Positions 1 through 8,153 of a DNA stretch of 35,219 nucleotides are shown piece after piece. Made by a program: the position numbers and the translations under genes. How positions within the stretch are numbered: the stretch's first letter is position 1; the number at the start of each line of letters is the position of its first letter. Location of the stretch: contig JADFOU010000001.1 of the NCBI GenBank assembly GCA_022562655.1, positions 392 to 35,610 on the forward strand, read 5' to 3'. The notes under the pieces were generated by a model. It was not told the DNA's origin. It saw only the letters and a list, made by a program, of their open reading frames with translations, and made no database searches. The DNA comes from a candidate division TA06 bacterium (GTDB lineage: Bacteria; Hydrothermota; DG-26; E44-bin18; JADFOU01).

Positions 1-1477
1 TGCCCACACCATAATTTATTGCAGAGGCAAAGGTTCCATTTCCGTTGTTGAGGAGAATTGAGACATCGTTGCTGAACTCGTTTGTCACAGCTAAATCGGA
101 ACCATTCACCCCGTCCAGATCCGACGTTTCAACAAAGGAGGGGCCACTGCCCGCTGTGTAGGTTGAATCAAAGGCAAAGGTCCCATCTCCGTTGTTGAGA
201 AGAACCGAGACACCGTCAGATGGCCAAGTGTTTGCTACAGCCAGGTCCGGGCCATTTACCCCATCCAGGTCCGCACTGACTACTGAAGAAGGATCACCAC
301 TCGCCCCGTAGTTTAGAGCAACTCCAAAGGTCCCGTCTCCATTATTGAGGAAAAAAGAGACATAGCCATTGCCAGGATTAGCTGAGTTGTAGTTCGCCAC
401 GGCGAGATCGGGATCCAAATCTCCATCCAGATCCGAGATCGCCACTGAGACTGGATTATTTCCTACCTCGTAATTTATTGCGGAGGCAAAGGTCCCATCC
501 CCGTTGTTGAGATAGACCGACATGTGGTACCTGGTGCCGAGGTTGGCCAGAGTCAGATCTGGCCCATCCACGCCATCCAGATCCGCGATGGCCACGAAGG
601 AGGAGATGTTGCCCGCTGAGTAGGTCGAATCAAAAGTGAACGTTCCATTCCCATTGTTGAGAAGAACCGAGATGCCACCAGCGTTCGCCACTGCCATGTC
701 AGGACCATTCACTCCATCCAGATCCGCAATGGCCACAGAGGAAGGGCTATTGCCCGCACCATAGTTTACAGCAGCTCCAAAGGTCCCGTCTCCATTGTTA
801 AGGAAAATTGAGACGTCGAAGCTGGTCTCGTTTGCTACGGCTAGGTCCGGCCCGTTCACACCATCCAGATCCGAGATCGCTACAAACAGTGGGCGATTGC
901 CCGCGGCGTAATTGATGTGGGGGGCAAAGGTCCCATCTCCGTTGTTGAGAAGAACCGAGACACCTCCAGTTGACCCAACGTAGGCCACAGCCAGGTCCGG
1001 ACCATTCACTCCGTCCAGATCAGCGATCGCCACGGAGCGAGGGAAACTGCCCGCGGAGTAGGTCGAATCTAGGGTAAAGATTCCATCCCCATTATTGAAA
1101 AGAACCGAGATACCACCATTTCCGTTCACCACAACCACATCCGGGTTTCCATTCATATTCAGGTCTGCAATTGCCACTGAATATGGAAAATTTCCTGCCC
1201 AATATTTCAATGCTTGAAAGGTTCCATCTCCATTGTTGAGATGAACCTCGAGGTAGCAGACGTCTCCATTGCCAATACAAAAGCCAAAGTAGCCTACCAC
1301 TGCCATGTCAGGACCATTCACCCCATCCAGATCCGCAACCGCAACTGACTGAGGCCCAACCTCCACTCTGTGGTCCACCCGGTTTGGAAAGAAAAGGGGA
1401 ATTGCAAAGGCTGTGCCAGTGAGACTCAGCATTAGCACAACCGCTACCGACGACTTTTTTAGAAAAGTTCTTCCCAT
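1..1477 (-). CDS. Secreted FG-GAP/VCBS-like repeat protein; C-terminus lies beyond the window edge
   Basis: Absent from the ORF track because it has no stop in the window. Hand translation from ATG 1477..1475 (GGAGG at 1485..1489, 7 nt upstream) gives MGRTFLKKSSVAVVLMLSLTGTAFA, a signal-peptide-like start. It continues PNRVDHRVEVGPQSVAVADLDGVNGPDMAVV...LNNGDGTF... and the segments I hand-translated (about 1141..1477 and the last codons at 1..28) are in frame with no stop. Confidence 0.8.
   Translation of the reverse strand, partial: MGRTFLKKSSVAVVLMLSLTGTAFAIPLFFPNRVDHRVEVGPQSVAVADLDGVNGPDMAVVGYFGFCIGNGDVCYLEVHLNNGDGTFQALKYWAGNFPYSVAIADLNMNGNPDVVVVNGNGGISVLFNNGDGIFTLDSTYSAGSFPRSVAIADLDGVNGPDLAVAYVGSTGGVSVLLNNGDGTFAPHINYAAGNRPLFVAISDLDGVNGPDLAVANETSFDVSIFLNNGDGTFGAAVNYGAGNSPSSVAIADLDGVNGPDMAVANAGGISVLLNNGNGTFTFDSTYSAGNISSFVAIADLDGVDGPDLTLANLGTRYHMSVYLNNGDGTFASAINYEVGNNPVSVAISDLDGDLDPDLAVANYNSANPGNGYVSFFLNNGDGTFGVALNYGASGDPSSVVSADLDGVNGPDLAVANTWPSDGVSVLLNNGDGTFAFDSTYTAGSGPSFVETSDLDGVNGSDLAVTNEFSNDVSILLNNGNGTFASAINYGVG
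111..1335 (-). repeat. Tandem coding repeats, period about 141-162 bp, about 9 copies (FG-GAP-like units)
   Basis: The word cc(a/g)tccag(a/g)tc starts at 111, 261, 423, 573, 714, 861, 1011 and 1323. Each unit encodes ...VAIADLDGVNGPDLAVAN..VSVLLNNGDGTF....Y.AG..P... Confidence 0.85.
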
Positions 1478-1595
1478 TTTACTACCTCCTCAACTTTAAG
1501 AGATATTAAATGGTTAAACCAGTTCGGAACGCCCTTCTCATTAATTCTAAAAGTATACTGACTCACCCAAAGTTGAATTCTTGAGTTCTTCAATT

Positions 1596-1769
1596 CTACA
1601 TCTGTCCCCCATCCACCACGATCGTCTGCCCCGTCACATAAGAGGCGTCGCACAGTAAAAACAGGGCTGCATTCACTACATTCTGATAGGTCTCCCCTCC
1701 GGGAAGCCGAACTTTCAGCCAGTCGGGCTTTTTGAGGACTCCAGCTTGATCTCTCCAAGTTCTTTCCAT
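1596..1769 (-). pseudogene. C-terminal remnant (57 codons) of a second SDR-family gene
   Basis: Hand translation gives MERTWRDQAGVLKKPDWLKVRLPGGETYQNVVNAALFLLCDASYVTGQTIVVDGGQM*. This matches the last ~35 residues of the intact SDR at 3173..3910 (RFGSYQDVVNAVLFLLCDTSYVTGQTLVIDGGGVLN). The N-terminal ~190 residues, including the Rossmann fold and catalytic YxxxK, are missing. It is below the 60-aa cutoff of the ORF track. Confidence 0.6.
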
Positions 1770-1811
1770 TTATTAGCCCATCTCCTAATTAGGTGAAGAG
1801 GATAACCTAAT

Positions 1812-3131
1812 TTACTTAAATTTACTTGCTCTTTTAGGCCTTATTTTTGCTTCCTTCATTATTTTAAATGGATCATAGATCCTTTTAATAGTCTCTCCCG
1901 TAGTTAGATCTAACGTCATTAAAAAAGTTTTAACAGCTGATTCAGTATGTCCAATCTTCCGATATACATTCCCTAAAAGAATACCCAAGCGAGGGTCTGA
2001 AGATATAGCTGACCTTACTTCTTCATCGGATAAATCCTTATTGAGGAGATGTTTTAATTTTTTTAATTCTTCATCACGTACTCTCCTATGTACTCCAGAT
2101 AACTCTTTTGGAGCAATCTCAAGAACTCGGTTTAAAAGATGCTCTAATCTCTTTTTTAATCCTTCCCTATCTTCCTTATCATATACGTTAGACGTTAACT
2201 CTTTTTCTACAAGTATAAGAACTTCATCCCGCAGGTGTCCCAATCCTTCAAGTTCTTCATTATATTCTTTCCTGTGTAATCCATTTAATATTTCTTCTGC
2301 AACACTCTCAAGTCTTTTTTTGTAACCCGCTGTATAAACTGCCTGCTTCTCTCTAACCCCAAACCCTAAAGAAGCAGAAGGCTTTCGGAGTTCTAATTTT
2401 GAGAGTTCAGATTCTGCTTTATATTTAAATTCTTGAACTTTATTTGCACATAATTGATAGTATAACAGTATCGATTCATTGAACTCATTTCTTCCAACTT
2501 CCTTATATAAATTTGAAACTTTTTCACACCGTGAAATTACATTCCTATAGAATACAGTTTTCTCATGACCCTGTTTTTCTTTTGAAACATTGAAATTACA
2601 TAAAGCCAAAAAATAATTGGCCATTAAATCAATTTCTTTATTTTTTAAAGACTCATTTGCCCAAAGCGCTGTCTCAAAATGAGTGTCATCGATTGCTTTT
2701 TCATATTCTCCTAAAACCGTATTCACCATCCCGCCGTCTAAGTGTACAAGTACAAGGGTAAGGTCATCGCGATTTGCAGTTGAATTTCTAACAATTTCTT
2801 TTAGCTCTTTTCTTAATTCACCTTTCCTCTGCTCATATTCCAAGAAAAGCGACTTTTCCAATGAAGACAAGGTTAACTCCGGTTCTGGTAACAATGCGGG
2901 TACCAACGCGGGTACCAACGCAACTTTTAACGTCTTCTTAACTTTCTCATTAATTCCCTTTAACTGATCTTGTTGAACCTCTTCCCAAACAAATTCATTA
3001 TTTACATGTCGTCTTATTTTTTTCCACTTAATTTCTAAGTTATCTATTACATTCAATAAAATCTTTGAAGAAATCCCAATCAGATTAGGATCGCTTCCTA
3101 ATTTCGATTCCATTCCTTTCCCTTCAACCAT
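1812..3131 (-). CDS. Hypothetical protein (439 aa), Lys/Glu-rich, probably all-helical; no family recognised
   Basis: Long ORF (track 1812..3152 with a TTG start). I prefer ATG at 3131 because GAGGGG lies about 9 nt upstream. It is markedly AT-richer than all neighbours. I could not see a P-loop, HxH or other catalytic motif. Confidence 0.7.
   Translation of the reverse strand: MVEGKGMESKLGSDPNLIGISSKILLNVIDNLEIKWKKIRRHVNNEFVWEEVQQDQLKGINEKVKKTLKVALVPALVPALLPEPELTLSSLEKSLFLEYEQRKGELRKELKEIVRNSTANRDDLTLVLVHLDGGMVNTVLGEYEKAIDDTHFETALWANESLKNKEIDLMANYFLALCNFNVSKEKQGHEKTVFYRNVISRCEKVSNLYKEVGRNEFNESILLYYQLCANKVQEFKYKAESELSKLELRKPSASLGFGVREKQAVYTAGYKKRLESVAEEILNGLHRKEYNEELEGLGHLRDEVLILVEKELTSNVYDKEDREGLKKRLEHLLNRVLEIAPKELSGVHRRVRDEELKKLKHLLNKDLSDEEVRSAISSDPRLGILLGNVYRKIGHTESAVKTFLMTLDLTTGETIKRIYDPFKIMKEAKIRPKRASKFK
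2896..2919. repeat. Exact 2 x 12-bp tandem repeat (gcgggtaccaac) inside the orphan gene
   Basis: Read directly from the sequence. It encodes the VALVPALVPALLP stretch. Confidence 0.9.
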
Positions 3132-3172
3132 TTTCGATTGTCCCCTCTTCAATGAAAATCAAAAAAGCATAA

Positions 3173-3910
3173 TTAATTCAACACCCCTCCTCCATCGATT
3201 ACGAGGGTTTGCCCAGTCACATAAGAGGTGTCACAGAGAAGGAAGAGGACTGCATTCACCACATCCTGATAAGATCCAAATCGCTTCAAGGGAATCTGAT
3301 CCTTCAACTTCTCTTTTCTTTCCTCACTCAACTCTTCGGGTACGGTTATGGTTCCGGGGGCTATGCAGTTCACCTGGATATCGGGAGCCAGAGTCTTGGC
3401 AAGCCCTTTGGTTGCCATGATCACACCTGCTTTCGAGATACAGTAGGCAAGATATCCGGGCCACGGTCTCAAACCTCCCACATCAGCAATGTTGAGTATT
3501 TTTCCCCTCTTCTTTTGAAGCATCCCTTCTGAAACTGCCTTTGTGGTAAAGAGAACCGATTTTAGGTTTGTGTCGAGGACTTCTCCCCACTTCTCCTCGG
3601 TGAGGTCTTTCAAGGGGGTTCTCATAAAGATCCCGGCATTGTTGATCAGAATGTCTATTTTTCCAAAGGTCTCCATGGTCTTTTGAACCATCCCCTCTAT
3701 TTCAGTAACTTTGGATACATCTGCCTTGTAAAGAATTGCTTTCACGCCAAAGTTTTCAGTTTCTTCGACCGTTTTTTTTGCCTCTTCTTCCGAAAAGCGG
3801 TAGTTGACCACGAGATCCGCTCCTTCTCTCGCCAGGGCACACGCAATTTCGCGCCCCATATTCCTACCACTTCCGGTGATGAGGGCAACCTGCCCTTTCA
3901 ATCGCTTCAT
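3173..3910 (-). CDS. Short-chain dehydrogenase/reductase (FabG-like 3-oxoacyl reductase family)
   Basis: TGSGRNMG cofactor-binding motif, NNAG, catalytic YCISK (YxxxK), and the typical C-terminal YVTGQTLVIDGG. Confidence 0.9.
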   Translation of the reverse strand: MKRLKGQVALITGSGRNMGREIACALAREGADLVVNYRFSEEEAKKTVEETENFGVKAILYKADVSKVTEIEGMVQKTMETFGKIDILINNAGIFMRTPLKDLTEEKWGEVLDTNLKSVLFTTKAVSEGMLQKKRGKILNIADVGGLRPWPGYLAYCISKAGVIMATKGLAKTLAPDIQVNCIAPGTITVPEELSEERKEKLKDQIPLKRFGSYQDVVNAVLFLLCDTSYVTGQTLVIDGGGVLN

Positions 3911-3916
3911 TTGGAT

Positions 3917-3982
3917 CAGTAGGTTGTAGGTAGTAGATTGTAGTTAGGGCCTCCACCCCTACATACTACCTACTATCTACTG
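3917..3982. repeat. Imperfect long inverted repeat made of GTAG/CTAC words, overlapping the stop codon of the IscA-like gene
   Basis: Left arm cagtaggttgtaggtagtagattgtag (3917..3943). The right arm (3959..3982) reverse-complements to cagtagatagtaggtagtatgtag. About 20 positions can pair and no U-tract follows. Confidence 0.45.
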
Positions 3983-4327
3983 ATTTTTTGGGGTAGAGGT
4001 GTGTCCACAGCCACAGGTGTGTACGGCATTGGGGTTCCTCATGACGAACCCCTTCCCCAAATGGGTCTCTCCGTAGTCAATCTCCATCCCTTTTAAGTAG
4101 GAGATGGAATCTTTCTCCACGAAGACTTTTAACCCTTCCAGCTCCAAAATCTCATCTCCGACCTTGGGCTCCTGCTCGAGGGACATCTCATACGGGTAAG
4201 AAGTCCCGGTGTCGGAGCAACCTCCCTGGGAGACAAAGAGTCGAAGGCCCGGGTTAGGTCCGCCTAAGTTGGAATCCTTCATGAGGTCCTTCACCTTGGC
4301 GACTGCCCCATCCGTCAAGGTAACCAT
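3977..4327 (-). CDS. HesB/IscA-family iron-sulfur cluster insertion protein
   Basis: LRLFVSQGGCSD...C-terminal CGCGH matches the three-Cys IscA/ErpA signature. Start set at the MVTLTDGAV ATG (4327), which has AGAGGA about 6 nt upstream. The longer track ORF (to 4396) would read through two GC-rich hairpins. Confidence 0.85.
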   Translation of the reverse strand: MVTLTDGAVAKVKDLMKDSNLGGPNPGLRLFVSQGGCSDTGTSYPYEMSLEQEPKVGDEILELEGLKVFVEKDSISYLKGMEIDYGETHLGKGFVMRNPNAVHTCGCGHTSTPKNQ

Positions 4328-4355
4328 CTTTTTCCTCTTTCCATCTGCTTGTAGG

Positions 4356-4408
4356 GGCGAACCGATGTGTTCGCCTTCTTGGGGGTGGGCAGACACTCAG
4401 GTCTGCCC
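4356..4408 (-). other. Two GC-rich stem-loops immediately downstream of ccmF
   Basis: ggcgaac-cgatgt-gttcgcc (4356..4375, 7-bp stem) and gggcagac-actcag-gtctgccc (4387..4408, 8-bp stem). Neither has a U-tract, so they are not canonical intrinsic terminators. Confidence 0.35.
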
Positions 4409-4416
4409 CTACGATT

Positions 4417-6438
4417 TTAAACTTCAATCAGTTCACGAACCTCTGTCTCTTTAGCGAGAGACTCCTTTTCTTTTCTCTCCCTTTCAAAAATGACTCTCCT
4501 CTTCGGTCTTCGGGTGGGAAGAATGGCAATCAGGGTTCCCAGAATATTCACGATCCCGCCAATCCAGATGAAAGAAACGAGGGGGTTGAGATAAACCTGC
4601 AAAGTAGCCTCTTCATTCTCTGTGAGACCTGCAAGAACGACATAGAGGTCCTCTTTTAAAGTAGAGCGGAGAGCCACTTCTGTAGTGGGCTGCTCTTGCA
4701 TCCAGTAGAAATACCTCTGAGGAATGAGACGACCCACCTCCTCTCCCTCCCGATACACCCTGAGACGAACCGCCACAGACATCTTATTATCATCTCTCGA
4801 ACGATACGGCTTCTCATATTCAAGGCGATACTTCCCCAGGTGTAAGGATTCACCGGGCATGAGCGTCCCTTCCACCTTTTGATTAAAGGCGCTTCCGGTG
4901 AAACCAACAAAGAGGAGGACAATGGCCATATGGACAATATACCCTCCATAACGCCTTTTATTTTTTAAGGTCAACTTATAGAGGGCTTTGGGAAGGATCT
5001 CCCCTGTGGCGTGGCGTCGGGCTCGAGCTCCCCGAGTAAATTCAGAGACAATCGTTGCAGTGACAAAGAGGATAATGGAAAAGGAGATGAGGGCATAGAA
5101 ATGCCTGACAAATCCCAGGAAGAAGAGGAGGCTTCCGCCTATCAATGCAGTGATCAAGGGAATGGAGAAGTGCTTCCTCAAAATTCTCCCGGAGGTCCTC
5201 CGCCATGCCAGAAGAGGACCCACCCCGGTGAGAAGCAAGAGAATGAGTCCGATAGGAACCATTATAAAATTGAACCAAGGAGGACCTACTGTGATCTTCG
5301 TATCTGTCACTGCTTCGGAAATTACTGGATAAACGGTTCCTAAGAAAATGGCAAAGGCAGCAGTTAAGAGAAGAAGGTTATTGAAAAGGAACCCTGTCTC
5401 CCGTGAAGTGAAGGAATCCAAATGCTCTTGACTCCGGAGGTCCTTCCACCGCCTCCCCAATGCAAAGGCAGAAAAGAGAACGATAGCGAGGAGGAAGATG
5501 AGAAAGAAGGGGCCGATTGAGGATTCGGTAAAGGTATGAACAGAGGAGATAATTCCACTCCGGGTGATGAAAGTTCCGAAGATGGAAAGGGTAAAGGTGA
5601 GAAGGATCAAGACCATATTCCAGACTCGGAGTATTGGTTTCCGCTCCTGGATCATAATCGAATGGAAGAAGGCGGTTGCGGTGAGCCAGGGCATAAACCC
5701 GGCGTTCTCCACAGGGTCCCATCCCCAGTATCCCCCCCAGCCCAGTTCCACATAAGCCCATCGGCCACCCAATAGGAGACCTGTCCCCAAGAAAAGCCAG
5801 GGGACCAAGGTCCATCTCCGAATCGTAACAAGCCAGCTGGAACCCACCGAACCCACGAGGAGGGCGGCAATCGCAAAGGCAAAGGGAACGGTAAAGCCCA
5901 CAAAACCCAGGTAGAGCATCGGGGGATGGATGGCCATCGCGGGGTGCTGGAGGATGGGGTTCAATCCCTGACCATCCGCAGGAAGGAAGGGGAGGGTCTC
6001 AAAGGGGTTGGCTAAAACAACATTGAGGAGGATGAAGAAGGCATTCACAGACATGAGAACCGCCACCACATAAGGGAGAAGGTCTCGATTCCTCTTTCGA
6101 TTGATGAAGATGACAAGACCACTATAGAGAGAGAGAAGCCACCCCCAGAAGAGGAGAGACCCTTTCTGTCCCCCCCAGAGGGCGGTGAACGTGTAGCCGA
6201 TGGGAAGGTCACGGTTGGAATAACTGGCTACATACTCATTCTGAAAATCATGGGTGAGGAGTGCATGGAGTAGGAGGATGACCGCCAGGGTGAGGAGCCC
6301 GGTAACAGCCAGGGCCCCTCTCTCTCCAGAGCGGATAAGATCCTCCCGCTTCTGCCGCACGCCAAGAACGGAGATGAAAATCGCATAGACGGCACTTGCT
6401 AAAGCGAAAATGAGGAGATAATATCCCAACTGGTTCAT
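4417..6438 (-). CDS. ccmF: Cytochrome c maturation haem lyase CcmF (System I)
   Basis: 673-aa polytopic membrane protein with the WGGYWGWDPVENA tryptophan-rich (WWD) motif. Confidence 0.92.
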   Translation of the reverse strand: MNQLGYYLLIFALASAVYAIFISVLGVRQKREDLIRSGERGALAVTGLLTLAVILLLHALLTHDFQNEYVASYSNRDLPIGYTFTALWGGQKGSLLFWGWLLSLYSGLVIFINRKRNRDLLPYVVAVLMSVNAFFILLNVVLANPFETLPFLPADGQGLNPILQHPAMAIHPPMLYLGFVGFTVPFAFAIAALLVGSVGSSWLVTIRRWTLVPWLFLGTGLLLGGRWAYVELGWGGYWGWDPVENAGFMPWLTATAFFHSIMIQERKPILRVWNMVLILLTFTLSIFGTFITRSGIISSVHTFTESSIGPFFLIFLLAIVLFSAFALGRRWKDLRSQEHLDSFTSRETGFLFNNLLLLTAAFAIFLGTVYPVISEAVTDTKITVGPPWFNFIMVPIGLILLLLTGVGPLLAWRRTSGRILRKHFSIPLITALIGGSLLFFLGFVRHFYALISFSIILFVTATIVSEFTRGARARRHATGEILPKALYKLTLKNKRRYGGYIVHMAIVLLFVGFTGSAFNQKVEGTLMPGESLHLGKYRLEYEKPYRSRDDNKMSVAVRLRVYREGEEVGRLIPQRYFYWMQEQPTTEVALRSTLKEDLYVVLAGLTENEEATLQVYLNPLVSFIWIGGIVNILGTLIAILPTRRPKRRVIFERERKEKESLAKETEVRELIEV

Positions 6439-6550
6439 CTTAGAAAATATTGATAGAAATTGGAAATACGTAATGGAAACTCGAGATTGGAAAGCAGTTT
6501 AACGAATTGCTAATTTCCACTTTCAATAACCAATTTCTATTTTCCAATAA
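6439..6550. repeat. AT-rich ccmE-ccmF spacer built from TTGGAAA / TTTCCAA and AGAAAT / ATTTCT words in both orientations
   Basis: atagaaat (6453..6460) is complementary to atttctat (6533..6540). attggaaa (6459..6466) is complementary to tttccaat (6541..6548). The pairings cross rather than nest. tagaaattgg recurs at 35115. Confidence 0.5.
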
Positions 6551-6967
6551 CTAATTTCCAACTTTCCTATCCTCATACACCTCTCCCTCATACTTAGAGG
6601 GACATTTGGTGAAGACATGGTTCGCCTCGAAATAACCTTCAGGATGAGCCTTCCCTTCTACAAGAACATCGTTCCCCTCCTTGAAGATGTCGGGAAGGAC
6701 TCCGTGATACCGGACCTGAATCTCTCCCCCCTCGTCGGCTATGGTAAAACTGTAGTCGAGGGTCTTGGAGGTCTGTTTGAGGGACCCCTCCACAACTATC
6801 CCTCCCAATCGGACACCCTTCCCATAGAGATCTTCTGCCTCAGCCTTCACCTCACTCACGGTCTTATAATAGACCATCGTATTCTGGTTGAAGCCCGAAA
6901 CAACAAGGTATCCAAGAAGTCCGACGATGAGAAGACCACCTGCAATAAACCGAATCCTTTTCTTCAT
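6551..6967 (-). CDS. ccmE: Haem chaperone CcmE, CxxxY variant
   Basis: N-terminal membrane anchor followed by an OB-fold-like body. The haem-binding position reads FTKCPSKYE where canonical CcmE has HxxxY. The Cys codon is at 6602..6604. Confidence 0.88.
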   Translation of the reverse strand: MKKRIRFIAGGLLIVGLLGYLVVSGFNQNTMVYYKTVSEVKAEAEDLYGKGVRLGGIVVEGSLKQTSKTLDYSFTIADEGGEIQVRYHGVLPDIFKEGNDVLVEGKAHPEGYFEANHVFTKCPSKYEGEVYEDRKVGN

Positions 6968-7038
6968 TTTTCTTTCCTTCTTTGAATTTCGAATATTGAA
7001 TATCGAACAATTGAAGAAGAGTGTTTATCGAAAAATCG

Positions 7039-8112
7039 TTACTGAGAATTTGACTCGTGAGATTTTTTAATTTCATCTAAAAGGGCAGGGATCAGCTGGT
7101 CCTCGGGCAGGGTGCGGAGGATCTTACCGTCCTTCATGATCAACCCTTTGTCTTTCCCACCTACAATGGCAAAATCTGCCTCTTGGGCCTCACCAGGTCC
7201 ATTCACCACACACCCCATTACAGCAACCCGGACAGGTTTCTCCATTGTCTTCAAGGCTTCCTCCACTTGCTGGGTCAGTCCAATGAGATCCACTTCTACC
7301 CGACCACAGGAGGGACAGGCTATCAAAATGGGTCCCCGTTCTCGTAAATTTAAAGACTTCAGGATCTCAAAACCCACCCGAACTTCTTCGACGGGGTCAG
7401 TTGTAAGAGAGATCCTTATGGTATCCCCGATCCCCTGGGCAAGGAGGTAGCCGATTCCCACAGAAGATTTGATGATCCCGGTAGCGGGTGGACCGGATTC
7501 TGTAATCCCCAGATGGAGGGGATAGTCCGTTTTCTCGCTCATCAGGGAATAGGCCTCGATGGCTCTCGGGACATCAGAAGCCTTCAAGGAGAGGACAAGA
7601 TCTTCAAGACCCATGGATTCGAGAGTATGAATCTTCTCTAAGGCTGATTCCACCATCCCTTCAGGGGTTATCCCTCCATATTTTTCAATGAGGCGCTTCT
7701 CCAAGGATCCCGAATTGACCCCAATCCGAACAGGAAGTTGATGCATCTTCACTGCATCCACAACTGCCCTCACCCGATCCTCTCCCCCGATGTTTCCGGG
7801 ATTGATTCGAATTTTGTCGGCCCCATTTTCACAGGCGAGGATCGCAAGGCGATAGTGAAAATGGATGTCTGCAACGAGAGGGATATGAATCTTTTCTTTA
7901 ATCGCTGGAAGGGCACGAGCCGCCTTCTCATCGGGCACTGCCACCCGGACAATCTCACACCCTGCGTTCTCTAATTGAAGAATCTGGGCAACCGTAGCCT
8001 CCACATCCCGAGTGTCCGTTGTGCACATCGACTGGACACGAATGGGGTTGTCCCCTCCAATCTTGACCCCACCAATATTGACCTCTTTTGTCTTTTTTCT
8101 TTTCAAAACCAT
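7039..8112 (-). CDS. ispG: 4-hydroxy-3-methylbut-2-enyl diphosphate synthase (IspG/GcpE)
   Basis: Full-length GcpE-like sequence (VRVAVPD, INPGNIG, C-terminal CPSCGR and GCVVNGPGE cluster ligands). AAGGAGA lies 5 nt upstream of the ATG. Confidence 0.95.
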   Translation of the reverse strand: MVLKRKKTKEVNIGGVKIGGDNPIRVQSMCTTDTRDVEATVAQILQLENAGCEIVRVAVPDEKAARALPAIKEKIHIPLVADIHFHYRLAILACENGADKIRINPGNIGGEDRVRAVVDAVKMHQLPVRIGVNSGSLEKRLIEKYGGITPEGMVESALEKIHTLESMGLEDLVLSLKASDVPRAIEAYSLMSEKTDYPLHLGITESGPPATGIIKSSVGIGYLLAQGIGDTIRISLTTDPVEEVRVGFEILKSLNLRERGPILIACPSCGRVEVDLIGLTQQVEEALKTMEKPVRVAVMGCVVNGPGEAQEADFAIVGGKDKGLIMKDGKILRTLPEDQLIPALLDEIKKSHESNSQ

Positions 8113-8153
8113 GAAATCTCCTTGTACGACAGACTTCGATATCTGTCCTCCGA

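Noticed and set aside
111-1335. Regularly spaced ~150-bp repeats, which could superficially suggest a CRISPR-like or satellite array.
   Set aside because: The period is too long and there are no short conserved repeats alternating with unique spacers. The whole region is one open reading frame encoding FG-GAP-type protein repeats.
1459-1758. 99-aa minus-strand ORF in the track.
   Set aside because: It overlaps the real start of the FG-GAP gene (ATG 1477 with GGAGG) and is out of frame with the SDR-like remnant. The SDR-homologous reading (1596..1769) explains the sequence better.
4328-4396. N-terminal 23-residue extension of the IscA-like ORF.
   Set aside because: It would translate GC-rich hairpin sequence (4356..4375 and part of 4387..4408). 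The internal ATG at 4327 has an AGAGGA SD, and IscA proteins normally begin near this point.
4656-5903. Several 60-145-aa ORFs on both strands inside ccmF (for example 5378..5815).
   Set aside because: All are nested within, or antisense to, the well-supported ccmF frame, and they have biased, motif-free translations.
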